DNA of 64,000 bases from Candidatus Micrarchaeia archaeon. Its GTDB lineage: Archaea > Micrarchaeota > Micrarchaeia > CABMEP01. Numbering within the stretch: the stretch's first letter is position 1; each line of letters starts with the position of its first letter. The notes below the pieces were generated by a model. The model saw only the letters and a list, made by a program, of their open reading frames with translations, was not told the origin of the DNA and made no database searches. This document shows, piece by piece, positions 28,901 to 37,250 of this stretch. The translations under genes and the position numbers were made by a program. The stretch covers positions 8,791 to 72,790 of the forward strand of contig JAVZRC010000001.1 of the NCBI GenBank assembly GCA_038880755.1, in the 5' to 3' direction.

Positions 28901-29046
28901 ACAGGTATATTTATTGGATGCCTTGAATGCTGAATTATAATTTCAGTTGGATTTTTATCTACAGGACAGATATTAACTGTGAAAACTAGAGGGATTGCAA
29001 AGAGGACAAGTATGATAATTAATCCAGTTACTTTCATTTGTATCAA
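25930..29046 (-). CDS. 1038-aa single-pass membrane protein: signal peptide, Ig-like ectodomain, TM, long charged helical domain
   Basis: N-terminal signal; TNENG.V.F Ig-like motif; TM near aa 170-192 then GKNPFGLFDFS; heptad-rich remainder. Confidence 0.8.
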   Translation of the reverse strand: MIQMKVTGLIIILVLFAIPLVFTVNICPVDKNPTEIIIQHSRHPINIPVGITDNTIDVNIQLNAIDRKTQNRIPLANKNITIELVIGSKFVTKNAAGEFVLSDESAPFVVNTNENGSVSFTLYTQPPLLENSTDPRKISYSITATFTPKPKEPFMGSAKTERYVPGVFPLISLTACAPLFIIFALLVAAMFASGKNPFGLFDFSRVAFKAPGISGGRVTTRQRTTLLGTAVGAAQSALKSATSTGAYKLGKFLTPSIEEEKKAKGTFGIVQKISSIPGKVLMSTTSRRLNKEELEKLKKAEQAAKGKLTTQEMEDVLGGNRRVVKGVFGEIRVVTASDKVSSSSLLDLFRQTFFLSLGRMGVRPWSLSYASIPEIRRPSKEMYTKEEQEEINNKVKATYGFSLQKEDIDVYGLTEKGKMKILNAIAKDEVANLEMLRNVIEGLKKGAKPTELQDIRTYLDGRIQRINEQLKSVYLSDEQKSRLIKQKSDLSVEDTNKLIRNLERILREDTERLLNRISSNGALIGFDKESLIIARKMNAKDYYSNYGVDEFKSKLRDVKELADAYGINVQRIYEAYESGDPSKINTVLKENLELIKDDSNKIAAFNYIIKDIQIGTIHRFLDQLELTDEKGRKITNPNEKIIAFSNMNYELPENKEKLTKNIIDTLDLEKKLNSKGLERAVKIVNGEKTDVTPETVLFTVLKGEEIINNKIKNLQKELEELYIKYRNPTIGTPGYDEVKSKENQIESAKIELERVIKGTEFIRKERDNLILMKEIYEVAKNAPSLSPVSSLTVDSAMIMKKTFEAAEIKSAAETTSSINSGNGYTRYKLDEAQKELNKALQLLSPPYTLNESEIKLREGLSKVKEDFEKYNSEIYIPKDNNQTFTTVGKLDSLSNQIHEEIRKLETSYKSKEVHSHEERTKYNELLNHLNNVNTNIAAGKERTEEEIKKHIQTNRYNPFVSLIDEIEYKHFSEDGIKPEVLKKKLNENKIFGTGTIIYIYSGKKEYEKNMEEEKREWIEAFYSGVSKGKVTEIGVKNK

Positions 29047-29094
29047 TACATTATATAAGTTTGAATTTTAAATCTTTTTATTAATATAATATCA

Positions 29095-30723
29095 ATGAAG
29101 AAATCTAATAAAATAGATATAAAATTTAATTATTCATTATTCATTCTGTTTAGCTTAATTATTTTTGCTTACGCCCAAACGCAGACACAAAGCCAACAGA
29201 CATGGCAGCAGTATGTTCCTAATTGGTTTCCTTTGTTTGCAATTGCAATTGGAATAGGATTTGGAATAACTGGACTTGCATTCATGTTAGCAAGAACCTT
29301 TCAACTTACACAGATGGAAACATGGGCCAGAGCAGAATTGTTTGAGGTAACTGGAAGTGCATTCTTAGTTTTAATAATACTAATAACATTGGGAGTAATT
29401 GACAATCTATTCATTGCGGCTGTAGGAATGAAGCCAACAGATCTTTCACTTGATTTCACAAATAGGATTTCAGAAAGATTGATGGATAGGTATATTGATT
29501 CGGTTAAGCTAGGTGCAGCAGTAGGTATGCTTTCAGGTCCACCAGTCCAATATTTAGGAGCAACATCTTCCACATCAGACAAAAGCGGTCAGACAAATCA
29601 AGGAAGCGGAACTGAAGTTACAGGAGGTAATGATGGTAAACCAGTGCAGTCTCCAGAGACACCAAATAGAATCTGGATGGTAGCCATTAAATCTTTTAAA
29701 ATGAGTTACCTAACATTTTATGCTGCAGATGTTTTTAATGGTCATTTTAACTTAGTTCAATCTATAGCTTTAACTTCTTTAGGAGTTTCTATCTTTTCCC
29801 ATATCTTATTGAATTTTATAAATAGTATTGCAATTCCATTTTTAATTCCATTTGGATTGTTTTTGAGCATATTTGCATTCACAAGGAAAATGGGAAGAAC
29901 CATAATTGCGTTTGGGGTGGGGCTCTACCTTTTTGTTCCGCTTTCCATAATAATTGCTCAAACAATGTATGATTCTGCATTTAAGCCGAATTCTTCCATC
30001 CCAGCGATAAGTAGACCTTCAGGAAATTCAAATATAGATCGTTTTACAACAGAGGTTTTTGCTTATGAAGCTTTAGATCTGCTTTCGCAATTAGCAATTG
30101 CCCAATATGCAATTTTAACCAATGCAGATACCTCACTACTGCCAAGTTGTGTAACCGGAGCAATTTCCCTTTCTTCAATATGTGGGATAGCTGCTCCAGC
30201 TTGTGCTCCAGTATTTACAATGATATGTTCTATGCTTGGTGGCATGTCTGACGTGGGAAGCGGGTCAGATAATATAAATACAATACAAAACGTTTTTTCT
30301 GTTTTGAGAGTTGCTTCTTTAAGTACGATTCTTGATGTACCAATCCCTGAACAATTAGGTTCAGCAAGTGCAACTATTGTAAGTCTAGCTGTAGCAGGTG
30401 GTGCATCCACATTTATATTCCATTTAATTCCATCAAATGTGATAACTATAAATTACATTATGCCAGTTCTGCAGCAATTAATGAACTTTGGGCAGTACGA
30501 AGTATCAGTTTTGACAGCTTCTCTATATGCAAACATGAATCAATACCTAGCAATCAAGTTAACAAACATCACGCTTGCATACACTCCATATGTAATGCAA
30601 GATGCAGTTCCTGCATTGCTTATTCCATTTATAATCATATTTACAGTTATAACTGGCATAAGGTCAATTTCTCCAGCTATTGGAGGGGAAGTTCAAATAC
30701 TGGGAGTTTCGGAACTTATATGA
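29095..30723 (+). CDS. Polytopic membrane protein, paralog 1 of 6 (CedA/VirB6-like)
   Basis: Shared motifs WARAELFEV, PFGLFL..F.FTRKMG..IIA, RSISPAIGGE. Confidence 0.85.
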   Translation: MKKSNKIDIKFNYSLFILFSLIIFAYAQTQTQSQQTWQQYVPNWFPLFAIAIGIGFGITGLAFMLARTFQLTQMETWARAELFEVTGSAFLVLIILITLGVIDNLFIAAVGMKPTDLSLDFTNRISERLMDRYIDSVKLGAAVGMLSGPPVQYLGATSSTSDKSGQTNQGSGTEVTGGNDGKPVQSPETPNRIWMVAIKSFKMSYLTFYAADVFNGHFNLVQSIALTSLGVSIFSHILLNFINSIAIPFLIPFGLFLSIFAFTRKMGRTIIAFGVGLYLFVPLSIIIAQTMYDSAFKPNSSIPAISRPSGNSNIDRFTTEVFAYEALDLLSQLAIAQYAILTNADTSLLPSCVTGAISLSSICGIAAPACAPVFTMICSMLGGMSDVGSGSDNINTIQNVFSVLRVASLSTILDVPIPEQLGSASATIVSLAVAGGASTFIFHLIPSNVITINYIMPVLQQLMNFGQYEVSVLTASLYANMNQYLAIKLTNITLAYTPYVMQDAVPALLIPFIIIFTVITGIRSISPAIGGEVQILGVSELI

Positions 30724-30746
30724 AATAATACAAGGAGTGTTAGACC

Positions 30747-31619
30747 ATGGGATTTAGCGATATACCGACATGTTTAAGTACATGCACATTATCATCAGAG
30801 TATTCAAACTGGCTTCCTTTAGCTGGTATGATAATATTCATAGTTCTGCTTGGAATATCTATAGGCTTTATGATATCTAGATTTCTAAATAGACGCGACT
30901 GGGAGGCAATGATAAGATTAGAATTATACCATCTGTCAGTTGCAGTTATTTGGATCGGATTAATCGCAATAGTTGCCAATATTACATGTTCATTGTCATG
31001 TTCAATAACTAAAGATGAGAGTCCATTCACATCTTCAATTAATTACCTTAACACAATTAATTCAAAATTAAGCAGTATTGTAAATTCCTTGTATGAGAAA
31101 GCAAAGAATATAAGGATAGAAACAGCATATTATGACGCATTTGCCAATTTCATGTATTCGCCAAAGGCAGGATGTGATAATGTTGCATCAGTATATGAGA
31201 ATTTTTCATTCATGTTATCTCCATTCGTGGCCAGTCTTTTGATTCAGCAGTATGCTTTAATTTTTATAAGCCAGATAGCATTTACTTATCTACTTCCTAT
31301 TGGAATAATTCTTCGCTTGATTCCAGGATTTAAAGACGCATCTTCATATGTTATTGCTATCGCATTTGCATTTTATATCATCTTGCCTTTAACCTATGTT
31401 TTCGCGCAAAAGGCAACGGAAGGAATTTCGCTATCTTTGATTGATACAGATGCAAGTGATTGTGTATCTGCTAATGAAATTCAAACTATATTAACTGATG
31501 TTGGATTGCTTTTGCCACAGGCAGTATTCTTCCCTGCTTTAAGTAGCATTATTACAATTGGAGCAGCAAGAGCGCTTGCAGAGATATTTAAGTATGATTT
31601 CATTGAACTAAGGGGATAA
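30747..31619 (+). CDS. Polytopic membrane protein, paralog 2 of 6
   Basis: IRLELYHL, PIGIILRLIP..K....VIAIA....ILPL, RALAEIF. Confidence 0.85.
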   Translation: MGFSDIPTCLSTCTLSSEYSNWLPLAGMIIFIVLLGISIGFMISRFLNRRDWEAMIRLELYHLSVAVIWIGLIAIVANITCSLSCSITKDESPFTSSINYLNTINSKLSSIVNSLYEKAKNIRIETAYYDAFANFMYSPKAGCDNVASVYENFSFMLSPFVASLLIQQYALIFISQIAFTYLLPIGIILRLIPGFKDASSYVIAIAFAFYIILPLTYVFAQKATEGISLSLIDTDASDCVSANEIQTILTDVGLLLPQAVFFPALSSIITIGAARALAEIFKYDFIELRG

Positions 31620-31620
31620 A

Positions 31621-32808
31621 TTGGTATTAGACAAAATAAATAATAAAGTTAAAGGATACACTGTAAAGATAGCTATGGTAGTGTTTGTTCTAATTTTATG
31701 TATCTCATTTTCATTTGCAGCTCAAGATGTTTTCGGTTTCCATACAGATGTTGATTGGATTCTAATTGCATATTTAGTTATACTTATTGTTGCACTACTA
31801 TTGGGAATCGCATTTATGATATCTAAAGTATTTGCAATGCATGAGTTAGAGGCATGGACAAGAGAAGAGGCAATGAATCTTATTATATCAATTGCAATTC
31901 TCGTTTTATTTACTGCATTTGTTGGTGTAGCTGAACAAATAGCAAATTCTTTATCTAAAGACGTTCTTTCTTCAAGTGTTTCTGCAAGTGCTTCAGGAAA
32001 CATAAGTTACTGGCAATACATACCAAATGAGGGCAGGTGGAAAACGATAGAAACTTCCAACCCATCCTGTGAATATCCATGTTACATATATATGGCAAGA
32101 GGCTTCCTAGGTTCTTTGTATGAAAAATATGGAGAATCTTTAAAGAGTATTGCCCAATATTATTTCGTTTCAGTGTTCTATTCCACTCAATCTATAGGGT
32201 CTGGCGTTGACTTTACCTGGGGCAAATTTAAATTTGAATTTGGAATTGGATTCCCGTTGAATGCAGGTTTAACTATATATAACAATATACTAGCAACTGT
32301 AGTAAGCGAGTATTTGAAAATAATTACAGCTATAAAAATGCAGGAAATTGCTTTAGTTTATCTTTCATCTCTTGCAGGCATGTTCTTCATACTTGGAATA
32401 ATCTCCCGTTCAGTTTGGTTTTTAAGAAAATTCGGCGGTCTGTTTGTAGCTGCAGGCATAGGTTTATATTTAATATTTCCAATGGTTTATGTTTTAAGTT
32501 GGTACACGATTGACAGATCTGCAATAATATTTGAAGTGGATCTTCCACAACCAGTATCTTCCGATGATCCACTTTCATTCTTTACTGGCGGGATTGGAGG
32601 TTTAGGAAATGTTGATTTGTTATTTACAAGATATAATGATAATGGATCTGTAATTTCAATTGGAATGTTAGATTCGTTAGGAAGATCATATATTCCAATA
32701 ATAGTAGTGCCAATCCTTGCAATTTTTACCACTCTTGGATTTATAAGGCATTTCTCACCAATGATAGGTGGAGATCCTGAAATAGCAGGTCTTACAAGAA
32801 TCATTTAA
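31621..32808 (+). CDS. Polytopic membrane protein, paralog 3 of 6
   Basis: WTREEAMNL, LGIISRSVWFLRKFGGLFVA.GIGLYLIFP, RHFSPMIGGD. Confidence 0.85.
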   Translation: MVLDKINNKVKGYTVKIAMVVFVLILCISFSFAAQDVFGFHTDVDWILIAYLVILIVALLLGIAFMISKVFAMHELEAWTREEAMNLIISIAILVLFTAFVGVAEQIANSLSKDVLSSSVSASASGNISYWQYIPNEGRWKTIETSNPSCEYPCYIYMARGFLGSLYEKYGESLKSIAQYYFVSVFYSTQSIGSGVDFTWGKFKFEFGIGFPLNAGLTIYNNILATVVSEYLKIITAIKMQEIALVYLSSLAGMFFILGIISRSVWFLRKFGGLFVAAGIGLYLIFPMVYVLSWYTIDRSAIIFEVDLPQPVSSDDPLSFFTGGIGGLGNVDLLFTRYNDNGSVISIGMLDSLGRSYIPIIVVPILAIFTTLGFIRHFSPMIGGDPEIAGLTRII

Positions 32809-32822
32809 GCATATGAAAGTAA

Positions 32823-33971
32823 GTGGATATCATGATATTTAGTGTAAGTGAGTATATGAAAAATAATGAAACAAAGAAGAAAAACGCAAGTTCAATATTA
32901 GATCTATTTTCAAGAAGCTTAATCATGTTTTTCATATTAATTTCAATATCCTTTGCTGCAACAGAATGCGGTTACTTTGGAACATATCTTTACAACAATG
33001 TATGTGTTCCTGACTTATTAGTCAATTTGAGTACGATATTAATTTTAATTGGAATCATTATAGGCTCAATATTTTATGGACTGGGCATTGCATTAGAGCA
33101 TACAAGAATTAAAGAATGGTCTAAAGACTTCCTTTATCAACTACTTGGTACAGCAGTAATTCTTTCTGTTTATCTAGGTCTTGTAGCTTCTTTAAACAGT
33201 TTCGCACCTGCAATTTATAATTCAAATCTTGCATATCCTGCTGAAAGCACTGTTCGTTCACTTTCAGATACTAAATGGATAAATGTCCAGTCACATTCTG
33301 AAAAATATGTGGGCTGTCTTTTAAGTTACACTAAAGATGCAACATTGGAAATAGTAAGAGTATCCTCTTCATTGTCCTCTTTAGCGTCCATCTCTATTCA
33401 ATTAATTTCTGGTTCATTCAGCAACTTTTATCCATTATTTCCAACTGGAGGAGGTCTCACTTCTATAATGTCAGTTCTAATAGGAGCACTTGCAGCAACC
33501 ATTATCCAGCTTAAGCTTCAATTTGAAATACTAAAGCTAAATTCTGCATTGTTTAGTATTGTGCTTCCACTTGGATTGATATTGAGATCATTTCCATATA
33601 CTAGAGGGGCAGGAGCAGCGATGATAGCAATAACATTTGGATTTACAATTTTTCTGCCTATATTTTATTTGATCATAGAGGACATAGGTTATCATTTTTA
33701 CCAAAAAGATGTATGTTCAATACATCCGCCATCAATAGGATTTTTCCAGATGGTAGATATGGGAATAAAAATTGCGCAAAAGGGAGCGGTTTCAACTCTT
33801 CAAAAATATTTTGGAGTCGGGGGCGATTTTGAAAGTCTGACAACAGTTTTATTAATACAGGCTACCATTCTTCCATTTGTAGCTTATTTAGTAGTTCTTA
33901 ATATAATTAAGAGGCTTGCAGAGGTGCTAGGTGGAGAGATAGACTTCAGCACATTGGTGAGATTGATATGA
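32823..33971 (+). CDS. Polytopic membrane protein, paralog 4 of 6
   Basis: WSKDFLYQL, PLGLILRSFPYTRGAGAAMIAI, KRLAEVLGGE. Confidence 0.85.
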   Translation: MDIMIFSVSEYMKNNETKKKNASSILDLFSRSLIMFFILISISFAATECGYFGTYLYNNVCVPDLLVNLSTILILIGIIIGSIFYGLGIALEHTRIKEWSKDFLYQLLGTAVILSVYLGLVASLNSFAPAIYNSNLAYPAESTVRSLSDTKWINVQSHSEKYVGCLLSYTKDATLEIVRVSSSLSSLASISIQLISGSFSNFYPLFPTGGGLTSIMSVLIGALAATIIQLKLQFEILKLNSALFSIVLPLGLILRSFPYTRGAGAAMIAITFGFTIFLPIFYLIIEDIGYHFYQKDVCSIHPPSIGFFQMVDMGIKIAQKGAVSTLQKYFGVGGDFESLTTVLLIQATILPFVAYLVVLNIIKRLAEVLGGEIDFSTLVRLI

Positions 33972-35104
33972 AAAAGGGATTCAAACATATATTGTATTTA
34001 GCTTTGCTGCTTCTCATTATTCTACTTAATCCTGTGCATGCTCAAACAAATACTAACCAAGATAATGTGCCGAATGGTTGTGAAGTTGCATTGCTTTTGG
34101 ATTTTGGAAATCAAAGCAACAGTGCTATAGGTGTAGAGCAGAATTGGAAATCTTTGTCCTTTATTGGATTATTGGTTTCTTTATTTCTGTTAATTTTTGC
34201 GTATTTAATAGGTAAATCTTTAGATTCCCCACAACTTATAGCTAGAGCTAAGACAGATATGATTCAGGTAGTTGTGACTGCAATAATGCTTGGAGTTCTT
34301 TATTCAATATTGCTCTTTATTTGTAGCATTGATGCATCTCAATTTGGATTTAATTTTACTTCATTTTTTGATGGAGCAAGAATGTATCTTGAATACTCAA
34401 GAGCATCGGCGCTTAACGCTTACCTTAAATGTACAAATGCAATGATGATCATAACTGGATTGTCTACATTCAATATAAACAATCCAAACTTTATAGATTT
34501 GGGTGCATTTCTACATATAGGGGTTTACTTTAAACCTTTTGCAGGTTATGGAATTACAATAGGCGCTCTTAACTGGTTCTCCAGTCTGGTACAACTTTCA
34601 TATTCATTAATTACGGGATATATTGTGGTTCTAGATGCAATTCAGCTGTATTTCCTTAATCTACTTCTTCCAGCAGGAGTAGTATTGAGATGTTTTTCGC
34701 CAACAAGAGATTTAGGCGGTGTGCTAATTGCAATAAGTGTAGGCTTATTCTTTTTCTATCCATTACTGTTTTCATTTTCATATATGATTATTGGTCAGCC
34801 AGATCCAAATGTAAGATTGCCAGATATGGATTGGGAAAGTGAGATAAATAGTGCTGTAGCTAAATCTGTAGCACTATCATCAGTTCCTTTAGGCAGTCTT
34901 GTAACTATCTTCAATTCATTGTTCGGCAAAGGCGGAGAAGCAATAGATAGACTGAACGAGGCATATATTGCGACAGGCAGTGTGATTTTATATGTTTTTA
35001 TATTACCTGCAATTAATTGGATTATCTTAGTAGCGATCATCAGAGAATTAAGCAAGGCATTAGGCCAGGAAGTAGATATATCTGGTTTGGCAAGAATGAT
35101 CTGA
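33968..35104 (+). CDS. Polytopic membrane protein, paralog 5 of 6
   Basis: RAKTDMIQV, PAGVVLRCFSPTRDLGGVLIAI, RELSKALGQE; 4-bp overlap with previous gene. Confidence 0.85.
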   Translation: MKKGFKHILYLALLLLIILLNPVHAQTNTNQDNVPNGCEVALLLDFGNQSNSAIGVEQNWKSLSFIGLLVSLFLLIFAYLIGKSLDSPQLIARAKTDMIQVVVTAIMLGVLYSILLFICSIDASQFGFNFTSFFDGARMYLEYSRASALNAYLKCTNAMMIITGLSTFNINNPNFIDLGAFLHIGVYFKPFAGYGITIGALNWFSSLVQLSYSLITGYIVVLDAIQLYFLNLLLPAGVVLRCFSPTRDLGGVLIAISVGLFFFYPLLFSFSYMIIGQPDPNVRLPDMDWESEINSAVAKSVALSSVPLGSLVTIFNSLFGKGGEAIDRLNEAYIATGSVILYVFILPAINWIILVAIIRELSKALGQEVDISGLARMI

Positions 35105-35118
35105 GATACGGTGAAATT

Positions 35119-36366
35119 ATGTTTGTAAATCCGCAAAAAAGTAAAATAAAATCAATTCACTCATTATTTCTACAGATAATACTATTTTTACTTATTTTAA
35201 ATCAGGTGAGTGCACTTTCATGCAGCATTACAGATCAAAATTGCCCAAGCGGACAGATATGTGATAAGGGAGAATGCAGGGAATGTCTCACAAGTGCAGA
35301 ATGCTGGAGCAAAACTCTAATTAGATCTACTCCAATTGGAGGAATCTCACCTTGGGTTAGCATATCTATCATAGTTTTGCTTATATCGCTTTTAGGTGTT
35401 GCAATATTTTATATGGTAGCTTATGCATTCCAATCTGATCAGTACAAGAGAATCGCATTTGCTGAATTAATGCAGGTGTTAGCTTCATTTCTGTTGGTTG
35501 CATTTCTATTTGGATTTGAAATATTTGAAACAGATATGCTTACAAGATTAGAAAATACTTCAGGAGCAATCACAGCTGCATTAGTTCTTCAATCTCAAGG
35601 TACCTCACCCACTGCTGCACTTTCTGGAGATGTACAGATCAATCCATTTGATGTTTCATATGCATTTCTTAGGAATATGATAAATTGCGTTCAAAACAAA
35701 TTAAAAACAACATATGAGAACTCAAAAGCAATACAAACAATAATTAATTTGAATATAGATGTACAAGTGATTACACCTGGAAAGGTGAAATTTTCAGTTC
35801 CAAACCCTCTTGCATTCACATCTCTATCAGAAACTGCAGCAAAGTATGAATTCCAAGCAAATGAACTTACTTGGCTTATGATATTTCTTTACGCCCAGAT
35901 AGCAGTTCTGAAATTTATAGAAACATCGATGTTCACGGTCTTTTTGCCAATAGGGTTAATACTTAGAGCATTTCCACCTACTAGAGGGGCAGGAGCTGTG
36001 CTGGTTGCGATAGCAATAGGATTTTATCTTATCTATCCTTTGACATTCACTTTATTATATACTGGAACACCTAAGCAGATAGAAGGATGCAATCTTCAAG
36101 TTGCATTTGATTACTCTCAATTGGAAAAGACATGCCCATTAAACATTGGTGCGACCACTCAGATACTTTCTTCTGCATCTGATCTTGCTGCAACATTAGA
36201 TGCAGCTGTACCTCAATTACAAGCAGGGACATCTTCTATTAGATTCACCACATTCTTGTATATGCTTATTTCATTAGGTGTCACATTTATATTTGTCCGT
36301 TCATTGTCAAGCATATTAGGTGCAGACATTTCAGAGATAGGAAGAACAATGTTAAGATTATTATAA
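35119..36366 (+). CDS. Polytopic membrane protein, paralog 6 of 6 (with an N-terminal Cys module)
   Basis: IAFAELMQV, PIGLILRAFPPTRGAGAVLVAI, RSLSSILGAD; start moved to ATG 35119 after GGTGA. Confidence 0.85.
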   Translation: MFVNPQKSKIKSIHSLFLQIILFLLILNQVSALSCSITDQNCPSGQICDKGECRECLTSAECWSKTLIRSTPIGGISPWVSISIIVLLISLLGVAIFYMVAYAFQSDQYKRIAFAELMQVLASFLLVAFLFGFEIFETDMLTRLENTSGAITAALVLQSQGTSPTAALSGDVQINPFDVSYAFLRNMINCVQNKLKTTYENSKAIQTIINLNIDVQVITPGKVKFSVPNPLAFTSLSETAAKYEFQANELTWLMIFLYAQIAVLKFIETSMFTVFLPIGLILRAFPPTRGAGAVLVAIAIGFYLIYPLTFTLLYTGTPKQIEGCNLQVAFDYSQLEKTCPLNIGATTQILSSASDLAATLDAAVPQLQAGTSSIRFTTFLYMLISLGVTFIFVRSLSSILGADISEIGRTMLRLL

Positions 36367-36388
36367 ACTGCGATGTTGGAGTGATAAT

Positions 36389-37165
36389 ATGAATAAGAAA
36401 AAGAAATTCGAATCTGACGTTTCATCAGTTCAAAACAATGCTAAAAAAGATTTCATTAAGCAGTTTACTTTTTATTTTGCAATTATATTTGGACTAATGA
36501 TAATAGCCTACGTTCTTGCAATTCTTCCCTCTTTGTTGGCAAAAAATTCTCCAAAAGTTGGACAAACAGAATTGTCTGCAGAAGACTATTCTTGCAATTC
36601 AAGCGTCACAAAAGATTCCATTGAGTACAATATTAAATATCTAATTATAAAAAACGGAACGCAAATTGGAACTCTAGAATATAATTTTTCTAAAACTGAT
36701 TCTGGATTCATTAAAAAAGAAATAGGCATGATAGATTTCACAAAGTTAGAAGATTATTCTCAAGCTATTAAAAATTCAAACATTTCACTTTTATCATCTG
36801 CTATTACAATAATAGAGACTATTTATGATTCAGATTATAATTGTAAAAACTCTTCCTATATATTGATTTTAGGAAACTCAACTTATAATTATTCTGGAGA
36901 GTGCAGCCCCCCAGACATTCCTTTCAAAATATGCAAGCAAAATATGAAAGAACTATTAAATGAAAAGATAGAGGCAGGAGCGTTTACATTCAATACAATA
37001 AAATATGAATATACACACTCACAAACTATCGAAGGTCTAAAAGAAACGCAAATTTTATATCTTTGGTTTTCAGATCTTCCATTCCCAATAAAAGTAGGTG
37101 ATTCAGAGTTTTATTTGATCCTTTCAAACTATTCAAAAAACAATATCAGCCATGAAAATAAATAG
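36389..37165 (+). CDS. Type II membrane-anchored beta-rich ectodomain protein
   Basis: Single N-terminal TM; C-terminal AG.F...K....LW....P.PIK pattern reminiscent of DUF3108-like proteins; N-x-S/T sequons. Confidence 0.65.
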   Translation: MNKKKKFESDVSSVQNNAKKDFIKQFTFYFAIIFGLMIIAYVLAILPSLLAKNSPKVGQTELSAEDYSCNSSVTKDSIEYNIKYLIIKNGTQIGTLEYNFSKTDSGFIKKEIGMIDFTKLEDYSQAIKNSNISLLSSAITIIETIYDSDYNCKNSSYILILGNSTYNYSGECSPPDIPFKICKQNMKELLNEKIEAGAFTFNTIKYEYTHSQTIEGLKETQILYLWFSDLPFPIKVGDSEFYLILSNYSKNNISHENK

Positions 37166-37250
37166 AATCTTGTTTCAATAAATAATAAATTAAACTTAAA
37201 TTCTTTATGTATAAATTAAATCAAGAAGAAAAGATGAAGAAGGTGAATAG

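Noticed and set aside
33599-35996. 18-nt identical string tactagaggggcaggagc in paralogs 4 and 6
   Set aside because: Explained by the conserved TRGAGA protein motif
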